Origin: an uncultured Chloroflexia bacterium
GTDB taxonomy: Bacteria > Chloroflexota > Limnocylindria > Limnocylindrales > CSP1-4
Assembly: GCA_963720755.1 (NCBI GenBank)
Contig: CAVRGP010000002.1
Coordinates: forward strand, 384,001-448,000
Reading direction: 5' to 3'
DNA length: 64,000 bases
This document shows, piece after piece, positions 32,412 to 42,965 of the stretch (the stretch's first letter is position 1; every line of letters starts with the position of its first letter). The position numbers and the translations under genes were made by a program. The notes beneath the pieces were generated by a model. The model did no database searches. It had not been told where the DNA came from and saw only the letters and a list, made by a program, of their open reading frames with translations.

Positions 32412-33692
32412 GTGACCGCCCCGATGGGCTTCGCCGCGGACGAGCTGAGCCCCGCCGATCAGGAACGTCGCCGCCGGTTGAACCGGATGAAAGCGGTGGC
32501 CACCGGCGCGTTGGTGCTGATGGCGGTGATCTTCGTCATCGCGTTCTCGCTCGAGGAGCGTTATCCGTGGTTGGGCTACGTCCGGGCGATGGCCGAGGCC
32601 GGGATGGTCGGCGCGCTGGCCGACTGGTTCGCCGTCACGGCGCTGTTCCGTCGGCCGCTCGGGTTGCCGATCCCGCACACCGCGATCATCCCGAACCGGA
32701 AGGACGCCATCGGGTCGTCGTTGTCGGAGTTCGTCGCCACCAATTTCCTGTCCGAAGCCGTGGTGCGGGAGAAGCTCGCCGGCTTCTCGGTCGCCCGCCG
32801 CATCGGCGACTTCCTGGTCAAGCCGGGGTCGGCGGAGCGGGTGACCGCCGAGTTGGCGACCGCGGTCCGCGGCATCAGCACCGTGCTCAGTGACGACCAG
32901 GTCGCCGATCTGCTGGAATCGATGGCGCGCCGCAAGATCGCCGAGACCAAGATCGGCCCGCCGCTGGGTCGGATCGCGGCCGAGGTGTTCGAGCGCGGCG
33001 ACCACCGTCCGCTGGTGGATTTCGTGGTCGAGCGCTGCTACGAGTGGATCCGGGACAACTACACCGCGGTGTCCCGGGTGGTTTCGCAGCGCGCGCCGTC
33101 GTGGTCGCCGCGGTTCCTGGACGGATTCGTCGCGGACCGGATCTACCAGGAGGTGCTGGCCTTCGCCGAGGCGGTGAAGAACGATCCCGGCCATCAGTTG
33201 CGCGGCGCGTTGGACCGGTTCCTGGCCGAGTTCGCGCAGGACCTGCAGCACGACCCGGCGACCATCGAGCGGGTCGAGGCGATCAAGGACCAGGTCGTGT
33301 CGAACGCGGAGGTTCGCTCGCTCGCGGCCAGTGCGTGGACGTCGATCAAGGACGCCCTGCTGCAGGCAGCGGAGGACCCGAATTCGCCGCTGCGGCAATC
33401 GGTGACGAAGGCGCTGGTCTCCTTCGGGGTCACCCTGACGCAGGACGGGCCGATGGCCAGGAAGGTGGACGGCTGGGCGGCGGACGCCGCCGGCTACCTG
33501 GCCCGCAACCACGCCAGGAGCATCACCGGGATCATCGACGAGACCATCTCCCGCTGGGACGGCGAGGCCACCAGCCGCAAGATCGAGCTGCAGGTGGGCC
33601 GGGATCTGCAGTTCATCAGGATCAACGGCACGGTGGTCGGCGCGCTGGCCGGCCTGGCGATCTACACGCTGGCGGAGCTTTTCCTGCGCTGA
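32412..33692 (+). CDS. DUF445 membrane protein
   Basis: EAGMVGALADWFAVTALFRRP, GRDLQFIRINGTVVG. Confidence 0.92.
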   Translation: MTAPMGFAADELSPADQERRRRLNRMKAVATGALVLMAVIFVIAFSLEERYPWLGYVRAMAEAGMVGALADWFAVTALFRRPLGLPIPHTAIIPNRKDAIGSSLSEFVATNFLSEAVVREKLAGFSVARRIGDFLVKPGSAERVTAELATAVRGISTVLSDDQVADLLESMARRKIAETKIGPPLGRIAAEVFERGDHRPLVDFVVERCYEWIRDNYTAVSRVVSQRAPSWSPRFLDGFVADRIYQEVLAFAEAVKNDPGHQLRGALDRFLAEFAQDLQHDPATIERVEAIKDQVVSNAEVRSLAASAWTSIKDALLQAAEDPNSPLRQSVTKALVSFGVTLTQDGPMARKVDGWAADAAGYLARNHARSITGIIDETISRWDGEATSRKIELQVGRDLQFIRINGTVVGALAGLAIYTLAELFLR

Positions 33693-33757
33693 GGACGGGG
33701 GCGTTCCGGTGCTCAGTGCCGGGGGTTCCCACGCCGTGGAGCTGCTCCGACGGCGCC

Positions 33758-33779
33758 TGTCGGACCCGGGTGCTGTGAT
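33758..33779 (+). promoter_or_regulatory. Putative PafBC-type promoter of the VOC gene
   Basis: TGTCGG-N10-TGTGAT, 7 nt before ATG at 33787. Confidence 0.5.
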
Positions 33780-33786
33780 GTCGGGT

Positions 33787-34173
33787 ATGACATCACATCC
33801 CGACAGCGGACCGATTGCCACCTTCGATCTGGTGGTGCTGGACACCCCGGAGCCGCGGCGCCTGGCTGATTTCTACTGCGCGCTGCTCGATTGGCGCATT
33901 GAGCGGGAGGAGGAGGACTGGGTGACCATCCGGGGCGCCGGCGGGGTGGGTATGGCCTTCCAGTTGGCACCCGACCTGGTCCCGCCGACCTGGCCGGACC
34001 CGGCGGTACCGCAGCAGTTCCATCTGGATGTGAACGTGGCCGACCTCGACGAGGGCGAGCGGCGGGTGCTGGCGATCGGCGCGCGGTTGACCGGCCAGCC
34101 CGCAGAGCCCAGCGGCTTCCGGGCCTATCTCGATCCGTCGGGCCACCCGTTCTGCCTGTGCGTTGTCGATTAG
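33787..34173 (+). CDS. VOC (glyoxalase/bleomycin-resistance) family protein
   Basis: LADFYCALL, FQLAP..PTWP..QQFHLD, DPSGHPFCL. Confidence 0.9.
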   Translation: MTSHPDSGPIATFDLVVLDTPEPRRLADFYCALLDWRIEREEEDWVTIRGAGGVGMAFQLAPDLVPPTWPDPAVPQQFHLDVNVADLDEGERRVLAIGARLTGQPAEPSGFRAYLDPSGHPFCLCVVD

Positions 34174-34206
34174 TCCTGCCGCGTGAGGGCTGGCACCCTG
34201 GGCCCG

Positions 34207-34854
34207 GTGCAGTTCACCCCCGTATCGCCGACACGCCTGGCCGGCGAACTGGCTCGGTGGATCGATTCCCTCCCGGGCACGCACCCCGTGGCGGGCATCG
34301 ACGGGGCGACCGAGATCGGGTCCACCGCGCTCGCGGACGCAGTGGCCGGTGCGCTGGCGGATCTGAACCGACCGGTCATCAGGGCGTCGACGTCGTGGTG
34401 GTGGCGACCGGCGTCGCTGCGGCTGGAATTCGGCCGCACCGACGTCGACATGCTGCTCGCCGGCTGGGTTGATACCGGTGCACTCCTCCGTGAGCTGCTG
34501 GACCCGCTGGGAGACAACGGTTCCGGTCACTACCTGACCAGGTTGCGCGATCCGGACACGGATCGCTCGATCCGCGAACCGCGGCAAGCCGCGCCCGCTG
34601 GTTCGGTACTGCTGCTCGACGGCCCGTTCCTGCTGGCGGCCGGTCTGCCGATGGATGGGGTGGTACACCTGCAGGTGTCGCGGGGAACCCTGGGTCGGGC
34701 GCTGCCCGCCGATCGGCACTGGTGGCTCGAGGGCTTCCAGCGTTACCTCTCCGAGGACCGGCCCAATGAACAGGCGGCGGCGGTGGTGGCGTACGACCAT
34801 CCGGCCGCACCGGCGATCGCCTGGGCTGACGACGCTGCCCAGACTCCCGGCTGA
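34207..34854 (+). CDS. Uridine-kinase-like P-loop protein with degenerate Walker A
   Basis: VAGIDGATEIGST, WRPASLRLEFGR, LLLDGPFLL, DHPAAPA. Confidence 0.7.
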   Translation: MQFTPVSPTRLAGELARWIDSLPGTHPVAGIDGATEIGSTALADAVAGALADLNRPVIRASTSWWWRPASLRLEFGRTDVDMLLAGWVDTGALLRELLDPLGDNGSGHYLTRLRDPDTDRSIREPRQAAPAGSVLLLDGPFLLAAGLPMDGVVHLQVSRGTLGRALPADRHWWLEGFQRYLSEDRPNEQAAAVVAYDHPAAPAIAWADDAAQTPG

Positions 34855-35043
34855 GCACCTGGGCGCTGCCTGAACTCTGCCCAGGCCGAGTCGGTGCCCT
34901 GCGGGACAGCGCTGCCACCACCGTCTCCCGGGTCGGAGCAGCAACCGTGATGACCCGGGACGGTACTCAACCCGTGGGCCCGCTTGGCCGACCCCGAGCC
35001 TCCGTGACCCTGCTCACGCACCGCCATCTGCGCTAACACCACC

Positions 35044-35059
35044 GCTTGCAATTGCAAGC
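35044..35059. promoter_or_regulatory. Perfect 16-bp palindrome, probable operator of the XRE regulator
   Basis: GCTTGCAATTGCAAGC about 55 bp upstream of the XRE gene. Confidence 0.65.
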
Positions 35060-35114
35060 ACCCCGCGTAGATTGGGCGGGTGGGCAATTCAGCCGTCTCG
35101 GGCGGCCGGGGTCG

Positions 35115-35564
35115 ATGGACCTGAATCCGGTGCTGACCCCGGTCCGTGACCTGGGTGATTTCATCCGCGAGCAGCGAACGGCCGCGCACATCTCCATCAG
35201 AGGCTTGGCAGCAAAGGCCGGGGTGTCCAATCCCTATCTCTCCCAGGTGGAACGCGGACTGCGCCGGCCCAGCGCAGAGATCCTCGCCCAGATCGCCCAC
35301 GGGCTCTCGATATCGGTCGAGTCGCTGCTGGCGAAGGCCGGAATCCTGGAGATCGCGGACGCCCCGGAGGTGGTCGTCGCGATCCGTGCCGACCACACGC
35401 TCACCGAACGGCACAAGTCGGCACTGATCGACATCTACGCCGCCTTCTGCCGGGAGGCAGACGCCGTAGCCCGGCTCGCCCAGGCGGCGGAGGGTCCGTC
35501 GGAGGTCAGTGGGCCGCCCGCGGACGGAGCGCGGGCGGTGGTGAGCATCGCCCCGCCAACCTGA
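35115..35564 (+). CDS. XRE-family HTH regulator (Rv0474-like)
   Basis: LGDFIREQR, AGVSNPYLSQVERGLRRPSAEIL; synteny with hbhA and DUF2516. Confidence 0.9.
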   Translation: MDLNPVLTPVRDLGDFIREQRTAAHISIRGLAAKAGVSNPYLSQVERGLRRPSAEILAQIAHGLSISVESLLAKAGILEIADAPEVVVAIRADHTLTERHKSALIDIYAAFCREADAVARLAQAAEGPSEVSGPPADGARAVVSIAPPT

Positions 35565-35679
35565 TGACAGGCCGATGCCCGGTCGGCGGCGGCCCACCCG
35601 GCCACGACCACCGACGATGACCCCGACCGCAGGACCCCACCAGCACCAGGCATCGCGCCGATGCCGGAAGGAGAACGTC

Positions 35680-37014
35680 ATGTCCCTCGTCACCGATATC
35701 CGGTCGGTCTCCGACAACGCCATGGAACAACTCGCCGACCGCTTCGGAGACCTGCCCCGACCCCTGCTTGCCGCCATCGGCGCCGGGGACCTGGCAGTCG
35801 AGCAGTTGGCCGCGCTCCGCGAGAGCCTGCTCGAGCAGTTCACCGCAGGCGGCGACGGGGCTGACGTGCGAACGTTCACCACCGAGCTGCCGGTGAAGGC
35901 CCAGCAGGCAGCCGCCGACTATGCCGGCAAGGTCCAGCACGCGGCCACCGGATACGTCGGCAAGGTGCAGGAGTCCGCGGTCGGGTACCTGAGCAAGGCG
36001 CAGGAAGCAGCCGTCGATTACGCCGGCAAGGCCCAGGGGGCCGCCGCGGACCTGCCAGGGAAGGCCCAGCAAGCAGCGAGCGGCTATGTGGGTAAGGCGC
36101 AACAGGCCGTGGCCGATTTGCCGGTCAAGGTGCAGAAGGCCGTGATCGAACTGCCCGACATGGCCCACCAGGTCGCGTCAGATCTGGGTAGGACGTCCCC
36201 TTCGGCATCGGATCTGCCACAGCGCGCACAGCAGATCGCGGCGGACGTTGCCGCATCGATTGCGACCTTTGCCGCTCAGCTCCCGACAAAGGCCCAGGGG
36301 CTGGTCGCGGAATTGCCGGCGAAGGTCGCCGGTTTCTCCGGAGATCTGTCGACGGAGACCGTCCGCGACACCATGGAGGCCTACACCGAACTCGTCGGAG
36401 CGATCTACGGCAGCCTCGCCGACCGGGGGGACCGCGCCTGGTCCAGGGTGCGGTCGGCATCTCTGCGGCCCGGGACCGTCGTCGATGCGTCCCGGGACCT
36501 TCTGCCGAGTGCTGTGGCAGGAACCGCCGCCTCGCCCACCGCCTCCACCGCACCGCCGGCTGGCGCCACGCCGCCGGTCACCGCCCGCGCGGCGGCCAAG
36601 GCGGCGGAATCCCCGAAGAAGGCGACAACCGCCAGGACACCGGCCTCGGCCCCGGTGACCACGGCAGCGCCCAGGACGGCACGAGCGGCGAAGGCAGCAA
36701 AGGCGGAGGCTGCGAAGTCGGTCAGCCCCAAGTCGTCGACCGGCAGGACGGCCGCGGCGAAGGCTTCGGCGTCGGCGACCGGGGGGACCAAGCCGAAGAC
36801 CGTGCCGACGACCAGGTCGGCGGCGAGCAAGGCCGGCTCCGCAGCCGCGACGCCCTCCCGAACCTCGGCGAGCAAGGTCGCCGGCAAGCCTGCCGCCCCG
36901 AAGGCGCGGCCACGACCCGAGGGTGGCACCGGAGCTGCCGGCACATCGGCACCATCGGCCACCAAGACTCCTCGGACGCGCCGGACCACCGACCTGGACG
37001 ATTCAAAGAGCTAG
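35680..37014 (+). CDS. HBHA/TadA-like protein with 11-residue repeats and an Ala/Lys/Thr-rich tail
   Basis: PLLAAIGAGDLAV, YGSLADRG; AAGGAG RBS; occupies the hbhA position. Confidence 0.75.
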   Translation: MSLVTDIRSVSDNAMEQLADRFGDLPRPLLAAIGAGDLAVEQLAALRESLLEQFTAGGDGADVRTFTTELPVKAQQAAADYAGKVQHAATGYVGKVQESAVGYLSKAQEAAVDYAGKAQGAAADLPGKAQQAASGYVGKAQQAVADLPVKVQKAVIELPDMAHQVASDLGRTSPSASDLPQRAQQIAADVAASIATFAAQLPTKAQGLVAELPAKVAGFSGDLSTETVRDTMEAYTELVGAIYGSLADRGDRAWSRVRSASLRPGTVVDASRDLLPSAVAGTAASPTASTAPPAGATPPVTARAAAKAAESPKKATTARTPASAPVTTAAPRTARAAKAAKAEAAKSVSPKSSTGRTAAAKASASATGGTKPKTVPTTRSAASKAGSAAATPSRTSASKVAGKPAAPKARPRPEGGTGAAGTSAPSATKTPRTRRTTDLDDSKS

Positions 37015-37221
37015 CGCGGGGCGGCCACCCGTTCAGGGTGGTCGCGGTCTCGTCGGCGGGAAAGGCGCTGCGAAAGCACCCGTGGCGGCGGACGGCGGCC
37101 GGCACCAACGGGTTCGTGCGCTCTCCGGCTCGGGTGGTGGGGCAACGCCGCGGTGCGCAGTCGCGGGGTCGGGACGCGCTGGAGTGCTGGACCTCACGGC
37201 TGCACCACGTACCCTTACCTG

Positions 37222-37533
37222 GTGGGACTGATAGAGCCGATCATCGAAATTGTGACGTGGATCCTCGCAATCGGCGGGGCCGTCACCGGTGTCTTTGCCG
37301 CAGTCGACGCGGCCAGCCGTCGGTCCGACGCTTTCGCAGCCGCGGACAAGCAGACCAAGGGCACGTGGGCGGGCATCACGGTTGCCTGCGCGATCGTGCT
37401 CGGTCTGGCCATCGTCGGCGGCGCATTCGCTCCGCAGAGCCTGCTGTGGCTGGCCGGCCTGACCGGCAGCCTGGTGTATCTGCTCGATGTCCGCCCGCGG
37501 TTGCGCGAAGTTCAGCGCGGCGGCCGCTGGTAG
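37222..37533 (+). CDS. DUF2516 family membrane protein
   Basis: RRSDAFAAADKQTKGTW, VYLLDVRPRL. Confidence 0.9.
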   Translation: MGLIEPIIEIVTWILAIGGAVTGVFAAVDAASRRSDAFAAADKQTKGTWAGITVACAIVLGLAIVGGAFAPQSLLWLAGLTGSLVYLLDVRPRLREVQRGGRW

Positions 37534-37665
37534 CAGCCGGATTCACCGGACGCACTGTCGCGGGTTTCCCGTCGGGTGCGCGGGTTGTCGCAATCCGCGT
37601 GCATGGAAAGCCCGGCCCGCTGGTCGCGGTGCCGGGCTGTCGGACGACCTGATCCGCGAGCTGAG

Positions 37666-38247
37666 TCAGCCGTGTGACGGCTGCATACCTGGGCCGGGTG
37701 TCTCGACCGCGTCACCTTCGCGATGGGTGTGCCCGTCGCCCTTGGCGATGGCCGCCTCGGCGGCCAGGTGCTTGCGTTCGCGATCGTAGGAAATGGCGAT
37801 CTCGATCTCGGCGTCATCGCGGCCGACCCAGTTGGCGCCCTCGACGCTCTTGCCGGGTTCGAGGTCCTTGTAGACCTCGAAGAAGTGCTGGATCTCCAGC
37901 TTTTCGAAGATGTTCAGGTCGCCGATGTCCTGCAGGTGCGCCTGCCGCGGGTCGTTGGCCGAGACGCACAGCACCTTGTCGTCTGGTCCGGCCTCGTCCG
38001 TCATCCGGAACATCCCGATGGCCCGCGCCTTTACCAGGCACCCGGGAAAGGTCGCCTCGGCCAGCAACACCAGTGCGTCGAGCGGATCGCCGTCCTGACC
38101 GAGGGTGTCGTCGATGAACCCGTAGTCGGCCGGGTACTGGGTGGCGGTGAAGAGCGTCCGGTCGAGCCGGATCCGCCCGGAGACGTGATCCACCTCGTAC
38201 TTGTTGCGACTGCCCTTGGGGATCTCGATGGTCACGTCGAACTCCAC
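37666..38247 (-). CDS. ppa: Inorganic pyrophosphatase
   Basis: [28 protein letters not shown]. Confidence 0.95.
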   Translation of the reverse strand: MEFDVTIEIPKGSRNKYEVDHVSGRIRLDRTLFTATQYPADYGFIDDTLGQDGDPLDALVLLAEATFPGCLVKARAIGMFRMTDEAGPDDKVLCVSANDPRQAHLQDIGDLNIFEKLEIQHFFEVYKDLEPGKSVEGANWVGRDDAEIEIAISYDRERKHLAAEAAIAKGDGHTHREGDAVETPGPGMQPSHG

Positions 38248-38498
38248 AGGTGTCACCTTTCGCAGATGCATAGTTCCGGGGATCGTGGTCGAGCCATCCC
38301 GACCATCCCCGGAGCGGCGGGCACGTTCCGGGGAGCCCCGCAACGGTGGCCCGACGCGGGCCTGTGCAGACTCTAGTCTGGACATGGTCGGTGGGCTCGC
38401 GCACGTACCGTGACGTGGGCCCGGCGGCTGTGCCGGCGGTCACAGTGCTGCCGGCTCCGCCGGAGTGTCCAGTCGGGTTGGTGCCAGAGGAGTCGTTC

Positions 38499-39908
38499 GT
38501 GGCAGCGTTGTCCGGATCGCGTCGAGCGATCGTCATCGTCGTGACAGTCGTGATCGCCGCGGTGGTTGCGGTCGGTGCGGTGGTGTGGTTCACCTCGAAG
38601 GACGGATCCTCCACCGCCGCCGGGTCCACCGCGCCGACCGCCGATATCGTCGACCCGCCCGTCGTCGAGCCGCCGGCGAAGATCGTGCCGTTGGCCGCCT
38701 CGGAGACGGTGCCGAGCACCGCGGGCATCGAGGCCCAGTTGGCCGGCCAACTGGCGAACCCGGCGCTCGCCCAGTTCACGGGCATCGTCATCGACCCGAC
38801 ATCGGGCACCGTGCTGTGGAACAAGGAAGCCAACTCCCCGCAGATACCGGCGTCGACGGCGAAGCTGCTGACCGGTGCCGCGCTGCTCACCTCGGTCGAC
38901 CCGACCAGCCGGTTTGTCACCAAAGTGGTCCAGGGTGACCAGGCCGGCGACATCGTTTTGGTCGGCGGCGGCGACGTCACGCTGTCCGCGCGCAGTGAAG
39001 GCGTGGGCACCGTGTACGACGGAGCCCCGTTGATGGCCGATCTCGCCGCCCAGGTGCGGGCCAGCGGGATCGACGTCAAGCGCATTGTGCTGGACACCGA
39101 GTACTGGACCGGCCCCGACCTCGCCGACGGCTGGCAGACCGCCGACATTCGCGGCACGCCGGGCAGCGCGCAGGGGTACATCACCAGGATGTCGCCGCTG
39201 ATGGTCGACGGTGACCGGGAGAACCCGGCCAACGAGAACTCCGTTCGTACCGGCGATCCGGCCACCACCGCCGGCAAGGCCCTGGCCCGGTTGATCGGCA
39301 ACCCCGACCTTCCGCTCGTCGACGGCTCCGCGCCGGAAGGCGGCGCCGTCATCGGACAGGTGTCCTCCCAACCGATGTCGGTCCTGCTGGCGCAGGCGCT
39401 GGAGAATTCCGACAACGTGCTCGCCGAGGCGCTGGCCCGGCAGGTCGCGATCGCCAGGGGGGCGCCGCCGAGCTTCACCGGCGCATCGGCCGCCATCATC
39501 GAGGCGCTCGAGCAACTCGGTATCGACTCCATCGGGATCGAGATGTTCGACGGCTCCGGCATTTCGACCAAGGACCGGATCCCGCCGGCGGTGTTGGCGC
39601 AGGTGGTGGCGCTGGCCGTGAAGGGCGAGGTGCCCGCGGTGCGCAACCTGCTGACCGGTTTGCCCGTTGCCGGGGTGTCCGGCAGCCTCGCCGACCGGTT
39701 CCAGGACGATGGATCACGGTCGGGGGCCGGCTGGGTCCGCGCCAAGACCGGGTCCCTCGAGGTCACCTATGCACTGGCCGGCTACGTCCCGGACGTCGAC
39801 GGCCGGATTCTGGTCTTCGCGTTCGTCTCCAACGGTGTCGACCCCGTCACCACCCGGCCGGCGCTGGACGCGCTCGCCGCGGGCCTGCGCGGCTGCGGCT
39901 GCGCCTGA
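38499..39908 (+). CDS. dacB: D-alanyl-D-alanine carboxypeptidase/endopeptidase (S13)
   Basis: STAK (SxxK), SDN, KTG motifs; N-terminal TM; GAGGAG RBS. Confidence 0.92.
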   Translation: MAALSGSRRAIVIVVTVVIAAVVAVGAVVWFTSKDGSSTAAGSTAPTADIVDPPVVEPPAKIVPLAASETVPSTAGIEAQLAGQLANPALAQFTGIVIDPTSGTVLWNKEANSPQIPASTAKLLTGAALLTSVDPTSRFVTKVVQGDQAGDIVLVGGGDVTLSARSEGVGTVYDGAPLMADLAAQVRASGIDVKRIVLDTEYWTGPDLADGWQTADIRGTPGSAQGYITRMSPLMVDGDRENPANENSVRTGDPATTAGKALARLIGNPDLPLVDGSAPEGGAVIGQVSSQPMSVLLAQALENSDNVLAEALARQVAIARGAPPSFTGASAAIIEALEQLGIDSIGIEMFDGSGISTKDRIPPAVLAQVVALAVKGEVPAVRNLLTGLPVAGVSGSLADRFQDDGSRSGAGWVRAKTGSLEVTYALAGYVPDVDGRILVFAFVSNGVDPVTTRPALDALAAGLRGCGCA

Positions 39909-39989
39909 CCCGTCGGGCCCGAGCGACGGACGGACCAGACTCGCGGGCCCGTCGCAGGACGCCACGAGCCCGTCGCGCGGTGCTCTACC

Positions 39990-41084
39990 GTGGCTGTCGT
40001 GGGCGCAGAGAAGAGCACGGCTCCGATCGATTGGGCAGCGGCGGTGCGCGCCGGTCAGCGGTTGGCGCCGACCGGTCCTGCCGTCACCGCGGCAGAGGCC
40101 GCCGCCGTCGTCGCGGACCTCAGAGCGTTTTCGACCAGAGCTGAGCTGATCGTCCGTGACACCACGGGCCTGGGACACGGCCTGCCCGTTCAGGACGCTG
40201 ACGTGGTGGACCGTCCGGGCTGGGTCAAGGCCACCGCCGAGGGGATGGAACTGCTGGCCGGTCCGTTGGTGGCCAAGTTGGGCGCGGCCGGGGGCAAGTC
40301 CGCCGGCCCGTGGACCCGCGGGCTGGCCGGATCCCAGGTCGGCTTCGTGTTGGGATTCCTGTCCGGCAAGGTCCTCGGTCAATTCGACCCGGTGGGCGGT
40401 GACCCGGCCAGTCCGGGTCGGCTGCTGCTGGTGGCCCCGAACATCGTCAAGGTCGAGCGTGAACTCGCCGCGACCCCGAGCGATTTCCGGCTGTGGGTCT
40501 GCCTGCACGAGAGCACCCATCGACTGCAGTTCACGGCGGTGCCGTGGCTGCGCGATTACTTCCGTTCGCTGGTCGCCGACTTCGCCGACAAGGCCGACAC
40601 CGACCCGTCGGCGATGTTGCGGCGGGCGGTGGAGGCAGTGAAGGGTGACGGACGCCGGTCGCCCGCCCTGCCGAGTGCACGCCCGGCCGGCGGCGGTCGG
40701 CCGTCCTGGATCGAAGGCATCCAATCGCCGGAGCAGCGGGTCGTCTTCGATCAGCTGATGGCGATGATGACGCTGCTCGAGGGGCATGCCGATCACGTGA
40801 TGGACGCGGTCGGCCCGTCGGTGGTGCCCTCGGTCACCGTGATCCGCGCCGCTTTCACCGAGCGTCGGAAGCGGACCAAGGGGCCGCTGGATCGGCTCCT
40901 GCGGGCAGTGCTGGGGATGGACATGAAGCTTGCCCAGTACGTCAAGGGTGGGGCGTTCGTCGGCGGGGTCGTGGATCGGGTCGGGATGGACGCCTTCAAC
41001 GCCGTGTGGACGTCGCCGGAGACGTTGCCGACCCGGCAGGAGATCGCCGATCCGCAGGCGTGGGTCCGCCGGGTGCACGGCTGA
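39990..41084 (+). CDS. Zinc-dependent metalloprotease (DUF2342-like)
   Basis: LHESTH, LEGHAD; dacB-tilS synteny. Confidence 0.88.
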   Translation: MAVVGAEKSTAPIDWAAAVRAGQRLAPTGPAVTAAEAAAVVADLRAFSTRAELIVRDTTGLGHGLPVQDADVVDRPGWVKATAEGMELLAGPLVAKLGAAGGKSAGPWTRGLAGSQVGFVLGFLSGKVLGQFDPVGGDPASPGRLLLVAPNIVKVERELAATPSDFRLWVCLHESTHRLQFTAVPWLRDYFRSLVADFADKADTDPSAMLRRAVEAVKGDGRRSPALPSARPAGGGRPSWIEGIQSPEQRVVFDQLMAMMTLLEGHADHVMDAVGPSVVPSVTVIRAAFTERRKRTKGPLDRLLRAVLGMDMKLAQYVKGGAFVGGVVDRVGMDAFNAVWTSPETLPTRQEIADPQAWVRRVHG

Positions 41085-41097
41085 GCGAGGTCCGGTG

Positions 41098-42201
41098 ATG
41101 CCCGACCTCGTGCGGCAAGCCGTCCGATCCTTTGTCCGCGACCACCTGGCGCCCGGCACGCCGCTCGTCATCGCCTGCTCCGGTGGAACCGACTCGCTGG
41201 CGTTGGCGCTGGCCGCGCGAGCGCTCCCGGAGACGTTTCCGCTGGTCGGAGCAACCGTCGATCACGGACTGCAGGAGGGGTCCGCCGCCAGGGCGCAGGC
41301 AACAGCAGTCCTCCTGACGGAGCTGGGATACCGGCGGGTGGATGTGTTGACGGTCGCCGTCACAGGACCGGGCGGGCCGGAGGCGGCTGCCCGCCGGGCG
41401 CGGTATCGGGCGTTGGGTGAGCTTGCCACCGCAGTGTCCGGGACCGGCCCGCCGGCTGCGGTACTGCTGGCGCACACCCTTGACGACCAGGCGGAGACCG
41501 TCCTGCTGGGCCTGGCCCGGGGTTCGGGCCCTCGGTCGATCGCCGGCATGCGGCCGTGGCGGGCGCCCTGGGGGCGGCCGCTGCTCGCCGTGGCCAGGTC
41601 GGTGACCGAGGTCACCTGTCGAGCGGCAGGTCTGGCGCCCTGGCAGGACCCGCACAACGTCGATCCGGCGTTCACCCGGGTGCGGTTGCGGCGCGAGGTC
41701 CTCCCATTGCTCGATGACGTGCTCGGCGGCGGGGCGCGGCCGGCGCTGGCCCGCACCGCGCTGCTGATGGCGCAGGATCTGGACGCCCTCGACGACATCG
41801 CCGCCCGGGTGGCCGCCATCGCCCGGTTGCCCGACGGGACCCTGTCGATCAAGGCATTGCTGCCCCACCCGCCCGCCATCCGTGGCCGGGTGTTGCGGAG
41901 CTGGGCGCTCGAAGGCGGCGCCGGTGCGCTGGACTTCGACCAGCTGAGCCGGATGGCCGCCGCAGTCGCAGACCCCGCCGGCCCGCCGCAGATCCGGGTT
42001 CCCGGCGGTTTCGACGTCATTCGGGCCGGCGAGGTGCTCCGCCTCGCTCGGCACCAATCGCCGACGGCCCCGGCGGAACCCCCGGCGACCTCGGGCGCCG
42101 CCGGTCCACCCCGCGAGACGGCGGCACGGTCCGGATGGCAAGCTCATCACCGAGGTCCAACCGCTGATGTCCGAACCACCGGAGAGAGTCGTGACTGGTA
42201 G
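41098..42201 (+). CDS. tilS: tRNA(Ile)-lysidine synthetase
   Basis: SGGTDS PP-loop, [25 protein letters not shown]. Confidence 0.93.
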   Translation: MPDLVRQAVRSFVRDHLAPGTPLVIACSGGTDSLALALAARALPETFPLVGATVDHGLQEGSAARAQATAVLLTELGYRRVDVLTVAVTGPGGPEAAARRARYRALGELATAVSGTGPPAAVLLAHTLDDQAETVLLGLARGSGPRSIAGMRPWRAPWGRPLLAVARSVTEVTCRAAGLAPWQDPHNVDPAFTRVRLRREVLPLLDDVLGGGARPALARTALLMAQDLDALDDIAARVAAIARLPDGTLSIKALLPHPPAIRGRVLRSWALEGGAGALDFDQLSRMAAAVADPAGPPQIRVPGGFDVIRAGEVLRLARHQSPTAPAEPPATSGAAGPPRETAARSGWQAHHRGPTADVRTTGESRDW

Positions 42202-42874
42202 CGATGTGCCGGCGCCGGCCGAACCGGACCCGGTCGATGGGTCCGCGGTCGTGCCGCGGTCGTTGACAACCCATGTGAGCACCGCCGATGCCTTCCTCAC
42301 GACCCAGGAGTGGGACCCGGGGGACGTCCACGGCTACCACGGCGAGCTCTCCGCGGTCCTGATCCCGGCCGAGGCGCTGCAGGCCAAGATCGCCGAGCTG
42401 GCCCGGGCGGTCGCGGCCGACCACACCGCACCCAGCCCGCCGTTGTTGATCTGCGTGCTCAAGGGCGCCGTCATGTTCGTCACGGATTTCGCCAGGGCAC
42501 TGCCGATTCCGTCCGAGCTGGAATTCATGGCGGTCACCTCCTACGGGTCGGCGACCTCCTCGTCAGGCGTGGTGCGGATCCTCAAGGACCTCGATCGGGA
42601 CATCACCGGTCGCCGGGTGATCATCGTCGAGGACATCATCGACTCCGGGCTGACGCTCTCCTGGCTGCTGAAGAACCTGGCCACCCGAGGTCCGGCCGCC
42701 ATCGAGGTGGTAGCACTGCTGCGCAAACCGGAGGCGATCAAGGTCGAGGTCGATGTCCGCTATGTGGGGTTCGACATCCCCACCGACTTCGTCGTCGGGT
42801 ACGGCCTGGACTACAACGAGCGTTACCGCGACCTGCCGTTCGTCGGGCTGCTCGGCGAACACATGTACCGCTGA
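42167..42874 (+). CDS. hpt: Hypoxanthine phosphoribosyltransferase (start uncertain)
   Basis: [27 protein letters not shown]. Confidence 0.94.
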   Translation: MSEPPERVVTGSDVPAPAEPDPVDGSAVVPRSLTTHVSTADAFLTTQEWDPGDVHGYHGELSAVLIPAEALQAKIAELARAVAADHTAPSPPLLICVLKGAVMFVTDFARALPIPSELEFMAVTSYGSATSSSGVVRILKDLDRDITGRRVIIVEDIIDSGLTLSWLLKNLATRGPAAIEVVALLRKPEAIKVEVDVRYVGFDIPTDFVVGYGLDYNERYRDLPFVGLLGEHMYR

Positions 42875-42938
42875 GCCGCCGGCCGCGCACCGGCTGCCCC
42901 GCCGCGGGTGAGCTGACCGGCCATCCACCCGAACGTGG

Positions 42939-42965
42939 GGAACCCTTCGCGGGTCGGCGCCGTTG
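42939..42965 (+). promoter_or_regulatory. SigR/SigH/SigE-type ECF promoter upstream of ftsH
   Basis: GGAAC-N18-GTTG. Confidence 0.55.
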
